DNA of 60,136 nt, filler included, from Circinaria calcarea (taxonomy: Eukaryota), in assembly GCA_051942165.1 (NCBI GenBank). It is 5 parts of 5 records of this genome, joined end to end, with 100 filler letters (N's around TTAATTAATTAA, not from the genome) between each part and the next. Parts side by side here need not be neighbours in the genome. Positions count along the whole stretch, not along the records: positions 24,131 to 36,082 come from JAVECS010000624.1; positions 36,183 to 48,125 come from JAVECS010000625.1; 3 more parts are not named here. One strand, written 5' to 3'. The notes under the pieces are model-generated. The model saw only the letters and a list, made by a program, of their open reading frames with translations, was not told where the DNA came from and did not search any database. Both the position numbers and the translations under genes were made by a program. Shown in pieces: positions 25,797 through 36,799 of the stretch; the stretch's first letter is position 1; each line of letters begins with the position of its first letter.

Positions 25797-25935
25797 TGAT
25801 CTAACCAGGGGTCGAACCCTATCGAGGCTCGTTAATAAATGCGTGCAACATTTCCCAGATATTTATCATTTGGAGTCTCGCTTACTGGAATCTCTTGATT
25901 CGTAGTCAAGCGCCTTGCCATTGGGCCATTAGACC
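25797..25935 (-). tRNA. trnR-ACG: tRNA-Arg (anticodon ACG), interrupted in the T-stem by a 67-nt insert (25819-25885)
   Basis: Joined exons give GGTCTAATGGCCCAATGGCAAGGCGCTTGACTACGAATCAAGAGATTCCA|GGTTCGACCCCTGGTTAGATCA (72 nt): acceptor stem GGTCTAA/TTAGATC, anticodon arm CTTGA-CTACGAA-TCAAG and T arm CCAGG-TTCGACC-CCTGG. A and B boxes are intact and T-runs lie just downstream. Confidence 0.93.
25819..25885 (-). other. Putative spliceosomal (GT-AG) intron inside the tRNA gene
   Basis: 5' GTAAGC, branch-like TATTAAC with its branch A ~13 nt from the 3' end, and 3' TAG. Removal at GT..AG exactly restores the T-stem. Confidence 0.8.
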
Positions 25936-27009
25936 AATGAATGAGCTGAATTTTTCCAATAAACAATATATAAATCACTTAAACTTTTTAATCCTGCCGA
26001 CAGAAGCAATCCTTTTAGCTTGCATTCACTACTAACAAGATGAACTTTTTCCACGAACCTCTTCGCCTATTCAAAACTCCGAAGACGCTTCACTCGGAAT
26101 ACTACGAGCAACACGCCCCCTTTTGCACGCCTATCTAGTATACGCAACAATTTACCAGTCACTACAATGCCAACTGTAGCGCTTCAAACGATGGGGGAAT
26201 CTATAGCACTCATTCGATCAAGAGGACCAAATGTAAAACCCTCCTTCTTAAGCTAAAATCCCCCCGAGACACTCATCCGACATCCACTACGGGGCTCTTG
26301 CCCTCCAGTCTCTAGGATACTTCCACAACAGCCACCCCCCTCCCCCCCACATGAATTGAAACTCCATCGGTAGGGAACGGGAAACTCCCCCCGATGTCGA
26401 CCACCAACAACTCCCTCGGTTTCAAAGGCGAGTACACAGGCAATGTTTCCTCACCTAGTAGTAGTAGTAGCAGCAACCCAGAAGGACCTAGGGTATATTC
26501 GTGAAACCCTGATCGTTCTAGATATGGGCGTCAACAGGGAACTATAGCCCCTCCCCGACCAGCTCCGTCTCAGAGCAGGCTGTTAGCCTATCAAACAGCG
26601 AAGTTTTTGGTGCAGTTTCGATATTTGCATGTTCGTTGGGACGGATGCCCACTGTTAAAGATAATTCCATCTTCCCCTTGAAAATCAAAAAGACTTATAC
26701 CATTCTTGAACGGCGAGGATTAGAAAACAAGAAGACTAAGCCCTATAGAAACAACAATGACTAAACCTAGTACGGCCTTTCAGCAACGAGAGCCCAGCAA
26801 GGCACAAGGGTCATTCCAAGGACCGATGGTGATTGGTCACAATTCATAAATTCGTATATTAATCGTGTTGGTGCTCAGCATCTACCAATCTCCATGCGCA
26901 CCGTATCGATGAAGTTATACGATCCAACCAAGTCCAACCAGACTTACTCGAGCATTCTACGATAGTGAAACGAAAAGAATCCTCCTGCCCTAAAAATCCA
27001 AAAAGTCCT

Positions 27010-28382
27010 TCAACCATGACACGTCGACACCGGGGACCCCTTAGACACCGCCACCCAGGTACAAGACTTCAGCTCCCTCTCCGTATCCATCCAAGCCTCC
27101 TTCTGCTGAAAGAGGGTGATGTTTGCCTTCGGGGGCAGGGCGTTCAGTCCGGTGAGAGCATCCTCTCTCTTTCTCGGGCGACCGCTGAGTCGGAAAGGGG
27201 CTTGGTGCCCGTAATAAGCTCGACCGCCTTTGGCGGTCCATTTAACTGGGTTCCGGACGCAAACGTTGACGAGGGTGGAGAGAGCGGTGGTGATCTGAGC
27301 CCAGGTGAGGACCATGTTCGTCGTGGCGGTGATAGCGAGGTAGCAGGTATCTGTGGGGCTGGAGTTAGTCTGCGATGGGTAAGCTGATACGTGCAGTACG
27401 TACTCGAATGGAGGAACGTGGGGTTCCCCGGTCCGACGGTCAAGCTATCCGATGCGGGTTTGACCTGGTGCCATTCAATCTGCGAGCAATCGACTTCTGC
27501 CGGGCTTCCCAGGCCTGCATCGCACTCGTAGATCATGTTGTCAGATGCTGACCGTCTCGTTGGTTGCCACCATGGCCTGTCACCTCCTCGGACTGTGCCC
27601 ACGGCATACTGCGTGAACTTCTGAGTGTTGTAGTTAAATAGCCTCTCCTTCGCAACCTGTCCCGGGTAGAATTCGTGCTCTATGATATTGATCCTGGCAA
27701 TCTCGACTGGGATTATAGGGTCGGTGTCGCCTGGTTTGGTACCCTTTCCAGGGCTGTGGACGGTAACCGTAAGGAACGAAGTGGACTCTGCTGTGATGGT
27801 GTTAGCTACGCATGATTGTTTTTAAAACCAACCGTGTTTGTGCAAGATAGGATGCGTGGATGAATACATGGGAACTTACGATAACGTGCGAAATCGATCT
27901 CGGTGGCCAGGGAAGAAGTATCATGGGCGGCTTGAGGATTTACGGTGTAACGCACTAGATCCCGGAAACCCATGGTGATAAACCCACCGATTCCAATGTT
28001 CAGGAGCACGCATCGTGCCGTAACCCACCCAGCCATTGAGCGGAGGTGTTCTGGATGTAATACGACTTCTCGATACGGTCGAGGACCAGCAATCTCCACT
28101 GTAATGTAACACCCACCTAAGACACCCTCAGCTTTGATGAACTTAGTCGGATGAGCTGGCCAACGAACCGTGAGATGTAGTGAATGGGATATGGCGGCTA
28201 TCTTCCCTAGCTGTATTTCTGTCATAGTAGTTAGTAGGCCCATCACCCTGAAAGAGGGGACTGTTGGCTATTGCTGCTAGACAGTCGGTGTGTAAAATTG
28301 ATGTTCCGTAGTCTTCATGGCAAGCGCAGATATCAGGGTAGACAGGAGGTGTGGGATGGACCAGACCCGGGGCAGAAGACAT
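27010..28382 (-). CDS. Hypothetical protein with two Cys-patterned domains, 4 exons
   Basis: Exons joined by GT-AG introns: CHEDYGTSILHTDCLAAI..|GGCYITVE..MAGWVTARC..GIGGF, then YECDAGLGSPAEVDCSQIE..|TCYLAI..LTWAQITTALSTLVNVC..GGRAYY. Confidence 0.7.
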
Positions 28383-29084
28383 TGCGACTGATGAAGAGTA
28401 CAAAGAAGGTTGGTGATCACGCCTACTTCTCTCTACACGATTATCTACTCTCCCACCTTTTGTCCTCCTGATGGAAGAATGGTCTCTAGTACCTCCTACT
28501 AAAGCAGCGAAACACTTCGGAGGTTGCGATTATGGAAGAGCATCCGATGAAACAGGTAGATCAAACCATTCGCGACATGCGATTAGGATAGTTGAATAGG
28601 AAACAAGGATTGTAAGGCCAATCCGCCATTTCAAAACATGATAATAGAACTGCGCACAGAGCCTCGGATTCCTTCCTAAACTCCCACATCATGGAGACTT
28701 ATTACGACTCGTTGTTCATGATAGACAAAGGATGGAGTTGCAAACCGTAAATCTTCCAGAACAGCGGGTATCAAATCGACCTAAAACAGAAGTTGAGGAA
28801 TCCTATGCATTGACATCTCACCATGACCGGGACGCACATAAAGATAGAAAACAAGCATGTATTATTAATGACCGGGCATTCATACTCGGAACTCATGCGG
28901 CTGGAATGTGTCACAGTTTGTAAGAACCTCTACTCGCTAGCCACACTCCCTGTTGACACATCTGAGATATTGCTGAGTAATTAGCACTGTGGCTGTTAGT
29001 ACAAAGTGGTTAGTCTATGCTAGATATTAGCATGATAGCAAAAGTGGTATAGCAGTTGTCCATGATCTATGCTCCGCCAATGTC

Positions 29085-32000
29085 TCAGTGCGTTGTGCTC
29101 GTGCAGTCAGTTGGATCCCCAACCAATTCCGATCGCTGGCCTTGAATGACCTTTCCTGCTTTCTTTCTAGACACAGCTTCATCGTAGGAGCGTGCGGTCC
29201 TAAAATGACGACTCTCCATTCCAGCCTCTGCATATATCGATGCTTCTTCATAGTCATAGAGGCTGCTATTCATACGCTCCTTAGTTCGTCCACCAGCACT
29301 GTGGCTATGCCGAATACCCGGCTGGGGTAATGTTAGCTCATCCTTGCTTCCAAGTCCATCTGCTGGATGGACACTCCCGAGGAGCGCAACACCGTGTGGC
29401 CCAAACCTACTGGCCCTTTTGCTAATTAAAGGGCCATCGTGGCCAAATCCGGGGTTTGTACTTCTCTGGGAATAGCTCAATCGAGGAGCCATTTCCTCGC
29501 TCTGCCCGTCGTCTAACTTCATTGATTTTCTTCTGTTAATTGGCGTGAACGACGTGCTAAAAGTGTCATTCTGTGTTTGACTTGACACAGTATAATTCTC
29601 TGGTTCCAGGTTCTCGTCAAGGTCGATATCGTACATGCGTAGACGCTTACGCGTTTGGGGTACTCTCTTCTCGTCAAAGTCATACGTTGTTCGGCATGTG
29701 TCCAGATTCACAGGCAAGAGCCATTCTGAAAGTCCCATGGACATGAGGTTCGAGGCTTGGCTGGGCTCGTCTTGGGAGTCAAAGTTGTTTGATTGTAAGC
29801 TATAATTACATTTCGACATGTTTTCACGTAAAACCAAAGCGTTGGTAGATTCAATGCCTCTGGGTTCAGAGCATATTCCATCCTCGTGGATCGCATCCAG
29901 TACCGATTGAGTAGTCCAACTCGTTTTCTCTGCGAGCAGGTCTTCGCGCGAGGCGCGCCCAAGGAAGGATTCATGAGCAATTGGTCCCAATTCTCGACCC
30001 TCTTCGGTAAGGCTCAGGGTTTCTAGGGCAGGCAGTTCGAAATTATTTGGTGGAGACAAGTTTCTCCTCGTATCCCTAGATTGAAATCCCGTAGCCGTGC
30101 TCACCAGAGCTTGCGCATCCTCGGTAACCTCCCGAATGGCGGGCAATGCATTCCGTGATCGAAGTGGTGAAATCAAAAGGTCGACATTTTTATGACGCGG
30201 TTGGTAATGTGGCTCGATGGGTCTCAGTGCCTTTAATCTCGGTTTTCGAGGTAGACACGGCTTCTTGAAGTTAATAACAACATAATAATCCTTGGGAACA
30301 AGTGCCTCACATTATTGAGTCGTGCCTTAAGTTCAATAGAAGGAAAGATCTTCTCAACAATATCCACGGGTGGCTTCTGTGGCTTCCAGCCCCTAATAGC
30401 TTTTTGGTAAGCAAGACCAAAAGACCGCTTGTCGTATTTGTCAGTAAACATTTCATGGTCCAAAGCTTCTTGAGCTGTCATTCTAGTCTGTTCGTCTAAT
30501 ACCAGTAGACGTTTGACAAAATCTTTTGCCTTGTCATTCAGTGATATCCAGTCAGGACTGCTGTACAAGCCATCTAGGCTGTAACTAGGTAGAGCGCTAT
30601 GTAGAGTATCACTTGCACTCTTTGGCCCTTTAGTGTTGCAAAGTATGTCGAATGGTGCGGATCCTATCAGCATGGCTACTGCAATACAGCCCAGTGACCA
30701 CATATCCACCGCTTTGGTGTAACCCTTGACCTTTACCAACCGGTTGTGACCTTGTACTTCTCTGATGCAAGCTGTCAAGAAACGAACGTGAAAATCATCA
30801 CATCTAGACAACCTACGGTGCGATGTACTCCCGAGTGCCAACCACTGTTTCCATCCTTTGCCGCTTACCTCCATGTCGTGAGGTAATTCTCGTCGAACAT
30901 CCGAAATCTGTGAGTATTACCCGTGCCGCATCGTCCAGAGAAGCCATGAGAATGTTTTCAGGCTTAAGGTCCCTGTGAACGATATCAAGAGAGTGAAGAT
31001 GTTCGAGGGCTTCTAAGATCTGACGGAGAATTACTGCTGTCTCTGCTTCGTTGAGGCGACCGCCCTTGTGTTCGATGTACGAGAATAAATCACCCCCGGT
31101 GATCAACTCCTCAAAAACATACCTAGGCACAAAGTCAGCCGGAGGGTTTCACTAGCAAAACCTAACCCACAGAGTGTTCACTGTCTGGAAGACTTTCTCC
31201 AGATGCACAACATTCGGCTGAATCTCGGTCAGGCACGAATCCAAGGTAAGATTCGTTGACATACGTACGTGGCTGAGATCTTTCATGATCTCAACTTCGC
31301 GGAGGACACAGGCGGTAAGCTCCTCGATACGGCGCTCAAAAGCTTCCTTTGACGTTTTAGCTGGCAACGTCCCAATACGAACTCTCTCCATCTCCTTTTC
31401 GCGGACGCTTCGGAGATTGATCACTTTGCAAGCGAGCTGACGCCCCGTTCGAATGTCAATCGCCATATAGACATGACCATGAGCTCCGATTCCAAGCTTT
31501 CGAGGTGTCACTTCATATCTATGCCGGAAGTACTGCTGCATTTGAGTACCGCGCGCGGGAATGAACGGAGTAATACCTACTTTCACCTCAAGTTGCTGAA
31601 CAAGGTCCATGTCACTTGTCTCGTACTGCAAGTTAGTTTGAAAATACAGGGTGATTCGCGGGCTGATGCGTAGCTCGTCAGCATGACTGAGTAGCATTCC
31701 GCCATTCCCTTTGCCAATGAGCGCCCCATTCCAGTAAGTCCCATTACTAGATCGATCCTCAGCGTAAACCAGAGGGTTTACCCCCGACGGATCGTCCAGA
31801 TCGTAGATGACCGAGTATATTAAGAGATGCCAATTTGAGACAACAGGATCATTGAACACAAGTTGACTAAAGCTGTCAATCACGACTTCCTAAGGGAACC
31901 GTGCATTTCGCATACCAGTCTCGAGAGTCTCTTCCAATGAGAATCTTTTCCCCTTGGTGAATATCATAAAAACCTGAAAAGAGTGAGATGGTCCTCGGTA

Positions 32001-32177
32001 GAATCTGTCAAAGTACTCTACCACACTTGGCCGCCGTTTCTGACCTGATTTCAAGACGTCCTATTACTAGCGGGCGTCTGTAATCATGCACTGACGAAGA
32101 GTGAGGGGGGTCCATGATAGCCATATCGGGGGAGAAGGAGACGTTTCGAATGCCGACGAAATCTGAGTCTCAGCCAT
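29085..32177 (-). CDS. MEK1: FHA-domain Ser/Thr kinase, Mek1/Chk2 family (most like meiotic Mek1), multi-exon with a long low-complexity C-terminal tail
   Basis: FHA: IGRD..NDPVVSNWHL..VYAEDRSSNGTYWNG. Kinase: LGIGAHGHV, LACKVI, TGGDLFSYIE, IVHRDLKPENIL, DFG, VGTREYIAP, GYTKAVDMWSLG. The ends and the exact ortholog are less certain. Confidence 0.82.
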
Positions 32178-32417
32178 TAGCCGAACCCTTAGCTTGCTGA
32201 CTAAACCACACACACACAAATCCCCTCTCCGCTTGCCGTTACACTTCCTACCTCGTACACCAGCAACCACTCATCGTCAATAACGAGTAAGTCGGCCCAA
32301 CACTTGAACAATGTCATAGATCCCTTTGAATGGATAGCATTGATGGCATCGTCATCAGTTTGACAGACCAATTGCTGACTTCCGATGGTGTTCATGCAGC
32401 TCACCTAGTTATCGAAG

Positions 32418-32585
32418 ATGAGAGCGAAGTGGAGGAAAAAGCGTGTTCGACGCCTCAAGCGTAAGAGGAGAAAGACGAGAGCCAGAAGGTAAGCTGTGTC
32501 CAGCTATCCACGATCTTCCAGACACGCCTCTGGTGGATAAGCATTTGGACCCGTGCTAACCAACATGGCCTTCTTTAGCAAGTAA
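32418..32585 (+). CDS. RPL41: 60S ribosomal protein eL41 (25 aa), 2 coding exons (32418-32488, 32579-32585); probable 5'UTR intron 32287-32399
   Basis: Spliced translation MRAKWRKKRVRRLKRKRRKTRARSK*; intron GTAAGC..GCTAAC..TTTAG. Too short to appear in the ORF track. Confidence 0.97.
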
Positions 32586-33908
32586 ACGTCTCGCAACATC
32601 TCGATCTCCACCCTAGTCCATCTCTCGTATCGACCAGCACTCAAGCCACCGTACCCAGGACTAGATCATCACGCCCACAATTGATCCGGAGCAATTGAGT
32701 AAAAGTGTCGGGCACGACAGAGCGAGGGACTGGATGGTTCAATCCAACGTGTCGAGTGTTTGTGAGGAGATTCTTGCATACGGAAGCGTTTGATCTGAAA
32801 GCCATCACTTTGGCTCGCCGATACCCGATCTCAGCTTCGTCAGCGTAGCTTAGGATACTACCAAAACAATAGTCCTCTGCTGCAATCAGTACTTTGCCTA
32901 GATTACCTGTGATCTGCCTGTAGATGTCATCCCCGTTTTAGAACCTATGCTACCCTCCCTCCCCACGTACTCTAAACGCAAAGCCAGAGCCAAACTACAT
33001 CGCTCCATCAATCTTTCAAGAGTCCTACTTCCACAGCGCTACCAGTCCACTCCACCACCTTCCAACTCATAACCTCCCTTCTCCCTTCTCCCAACCCTAG
33101 CTACGAAAATACAAAGTACGGAAACGAACCATTACCCAAATAACCCAGACACCTCAAGCGCAGACGAAGCTACCTAGAACACAACTGCGCAAAATTGCCC
33201 CAAAACTCTCTTTCATTACAAGGAAGTTGATACTTGGAGATACTTTTGGGAATTGGGGGGCCGACCGTAGAGGAAGTAGAGGAGAGAGGGAGGCGCCGGA
33301 TGTGTGGATTTCGCGCCTTGGAATAAGATGAAGATGTGCATAAGAGGGAGATTTACTAGTGAATACTTGTTTGATTTTTTGGCTTGATTTGGTTCGGGGC
33401 TGACCGGCTCAGAGTAACCAACCTGCACACTCTATACAGGGGAGTAAGTAAGGGGGGTTTGATGCTACCGAGCGCGGAGTCATTTGGGTGTTAGACACAG
33501 CTCACTTCGAACAGTTCTCCAGCAAACATCGACGGCAATATTGTCCCGAGGTTCATGTTTAATATCGTGCTGCCACGGACTAAAATACAAAGAAGGCATA
33601 TGTTCCCCAGCACGCTGAAGAGGAGTCACCACATTCCCCGGACGTGATGGGCTCCCAGGCGGTAAGTCGAAGATAAGCTAGTAGCCTCGACAATAGGGCT
33701 TATGGACAAAACCTCACTGACGGAGGATATGTCATGAGCGGCATTGTGTGCGTAGATACAGGCTTATCCTATGAGAAGAAACTGGTGCCCAAATGTAGAG
33801 AGTCAGCATCACAGATAGCATGTCGACCGGACGAAACCATGATACCAAACCGTTTCCCACGGGATCAATGGCTTACACGACGTAATTTGTCGCGAAAATA
33901 CCTGGTAC

Positions 33909-35645
33909 TTAGAGTGGGTTCTTCGTTGCTTTCAACCATGGATAATCATCCGCCGTTACCTCTGTGCAAGTAAGGTACTCTATCCCCACAGATACCGGAT
34001 CCAGCGTCAGATTGTTCTTGACCAACGGGGCCACAGCCTTTATTGCAAATTCCTTCAAGATATTGAGGTCTATTGCCACCTCATCCCAAACCTCCATTCC
34101 AGGTCCAGAAATCCCACAAAGCTTAGCGGCCTGCTTCTCGGCGGGAAGATACGCATCGCCGCCCTTGCTCAAGGTACGATAGTATGTCCCAAAGTGCCCA
34201 TCGCCACTGTTGCGGCAAAATTGCAAACTCCGAGCTAGCCAATCACGCCAGATACTGACGATCATCCACTGTTCTGCCGACTTTTTCAACGTGACAGGCC
34301 GCCCATCATGGTCGCCTAGGCTATTGATAAGCAGCTCCTGGTTAATTTCGGAGCGAAGGGCTAACAGCTCTTTTCCTTTCGTGAGTACAGCGCTGAGAGT
34401 TTCCGCCTGTAATGCTGTCGAAGGAGTGGTCCACGGCCAGTGTGGCCAGCAGCCCACACAATGGACCAATGCCTCCGAGTATATGAAGGCTGATTCAAGA
34501 GCCACGGCGAGAATTGACCAGCGGGGAGGATCTTTCGCGATGGCTTTGTATAGATCATGTCGAAATTGAGAAAGACTGTTACCTAGATGCGGTCTGATGA
34601 TGTGGAGGCTCCCGTAATGTCGTGCAATCGTGACAAGTCTCTCACATTGTTCAAGAGCCTGGTCGATATCGTTGGAAGAAATTAACGGTACCTCGCCATA
34701 AAACATACGAAGCAGGTTGTCATGGGCCAAGACATAACCACGATGTTTCTTCTCTTGACTTGGGTATTCTTCCGTAGCAATTTTCAGTGGACGATCACTA
34801 TCAGCCGTGGAGAAAGACCCCGTGCTTGATTGCTGCGTCTCACGCACTTCAGGTACACCAAGATGCTGGGAAGATTTTGCTTCAGAGGAGGTACCTTGAC
34901 TCGAATCTGGGGGCGCCATATCCGGTTCAGAAGTTGAGGCGGGCAGCTCGTTGATACCGGGTTCCCTTTTTACACTTACTGAGATATCTGGTTCTGGGAC
35001 CGCCGATGGAATATTTAGTTCGCTCATCACAGTTCCAGAGCTGCCTCCCTGACTGGAGCCAGATGACGACGCTAATGAATCTTTAGCAATCTCAGCTACT
35101 TGTAGTATTTCGCAACATGAATTTCTTGCGTTAGGCAAAGCCTATTTACTATTAATAACGTTTGAGACAGAAGGCATGACTTGGCTTACTCCACACCTAA
35201 GAAGCGGAACAGCTTCCAGAAGATCTTGCTCGAGATGGAACCGATACTTGACAGTGTTGTCAGTCGCAGGATCTAGCATAACGACAGGTGCCTTCATTTT
35301 TTCTGCAAACCATGACGAGCAACGCTTCAGTGTTGGCTTGTGTAGTTGGTAGACTGATCCGGGATCTGAAGATAATTGGATAAGCACCGAGCCATTGCAG
35401 TAAAGCGGGAATTTGTCTTGGACAGAAGCTTGCATGCCACCTCGATTACTGCTACCCAAATCGACTGAAGCCAGACGGAATTCACTGTCATCAGTTTCTG
35501 CTTGCTTCCGCTTTCGTCCACTGACGGGTTTTGAGGTAGTGTAATTTGCGGTCAATAGAGCCCTAGAGCCTTTCACTTTAAGACCCCATTTTAACTTATC
35601 CTTACCATTAGAAGTCATAAATCCTGTCATCTTAGAAAATCTCAT
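33909..35645 (-). CDS. Conserved fungal hypothetical protein, BTB/POZ-like, 2 exons
   Basis: FPLYCNGSVLIQL..YQLHKPTLKRCSSWF, then an intron near 35190-35100, then HDNLLRMFYG..ARHYGSL..LYKAIAKDPPRW..IYSEALVHCVG. Confidence 0.7.
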
Positions 35646-36082
35646 CTCCCGAGTTTAAGCAGAGAGTTATGTAATATGGGGGAAATGTGATAGCAAAGTG
35701 AGTGCCACGTCTACAGAACAATCTATGTAAGCCTCCGATTTTGGAAGTCATGAGATGTGGATTGACTTACATGAAATTGAGTCTCGGCGTTGGAATGATT
35801 AACTAGTTCCGGGTAGATGGGACAAGCAACAGAGGTAAACCTTGATCAGAGAGACCTAAAGGTGACTTTGAGGTAAATGCTCGTGTAAGCAGGTTCAACT
35901 ACCTTCAAGAAGCAATGTCAAGCGGAAGAAAATGAGTATAGGTTAGGTCATTAAAATCTAATTTATGTCAGTAGATATACATGGCCGCCTTAGGCAAGAC
36001 TCGTCGACAGATATCTTACCTAATCTCATAACTACCAGCCCTCGTCATATACCTCACCCATTTGACACTAGCATAATTATTC

Positions 36083-36182
36083 NNNNNNNNNNNNNNNNNN
36101 NNNNNNNNNNNNNNNNNNNNNNNNNNTTAATTAATTAANNNNNNNNNNNNNNNNNNNNNNNNNNNNNNNNNNNNNNNNNNNN
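36083..36182. other. Artificial contig linker
   Basis: N44-TTAATTAATTAA-N44. Confidence 0.99.
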
Positions 36183-36799
36183 GATTTTCCCAGGACCCGG
36201 TGCAACGACGGGAAAAGAAAAAAAAAAAAGAAAAAAAAGGGAATAAAGAGATGATGGATTCATACTTAGAGTGGGAAAATGACCGCGGGGAGGGGGAAAA
36301 GGTTTCTACGATGGGATTAAGAAGTTCTCACCTTCTCGTAAGTTTTCCGAGAGATGATAGGAAACAGGAGACAGGGGACTCCTCTGCTGTTTTTGTAAAA
36401 ACGAGATAGAATGGGAATGGGAATGGTACTACCTTGGATAAAAGGATAAGATATACGAAGATGACTGGAGGAGAAAGAGCAGAGGATAGATACCAGATGA
36501 GATATGAGGTTCCAAAAAAAAAAGGGGACCAAAAAGCCCCATATGATAACCATACGAATTTCTTCCATTACGTGTCTGTAATACACAATCTAAACGAACC
36601 CTGGCGCCCAAAGACTACCGGTATCGACTTCTTCTTCTCAAGGAACCCCCCGATCCCAAGTAAGACAATGCAAGTGGGGTATACGCAAGACGACCACCGC
36701 CATGCCATGCCATGCCTAATCAATACTCCAAAAACAAGCCGAAACCCCGTAGACAATCTCACCTTTCCCCCTCCTTCTCCCAATCACACCCTCCAATCC

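Noticed and set aside
32860..33430. Possible decayed gene on the minus strand
   Set aside because: Multiple stops and no recognisable homology.
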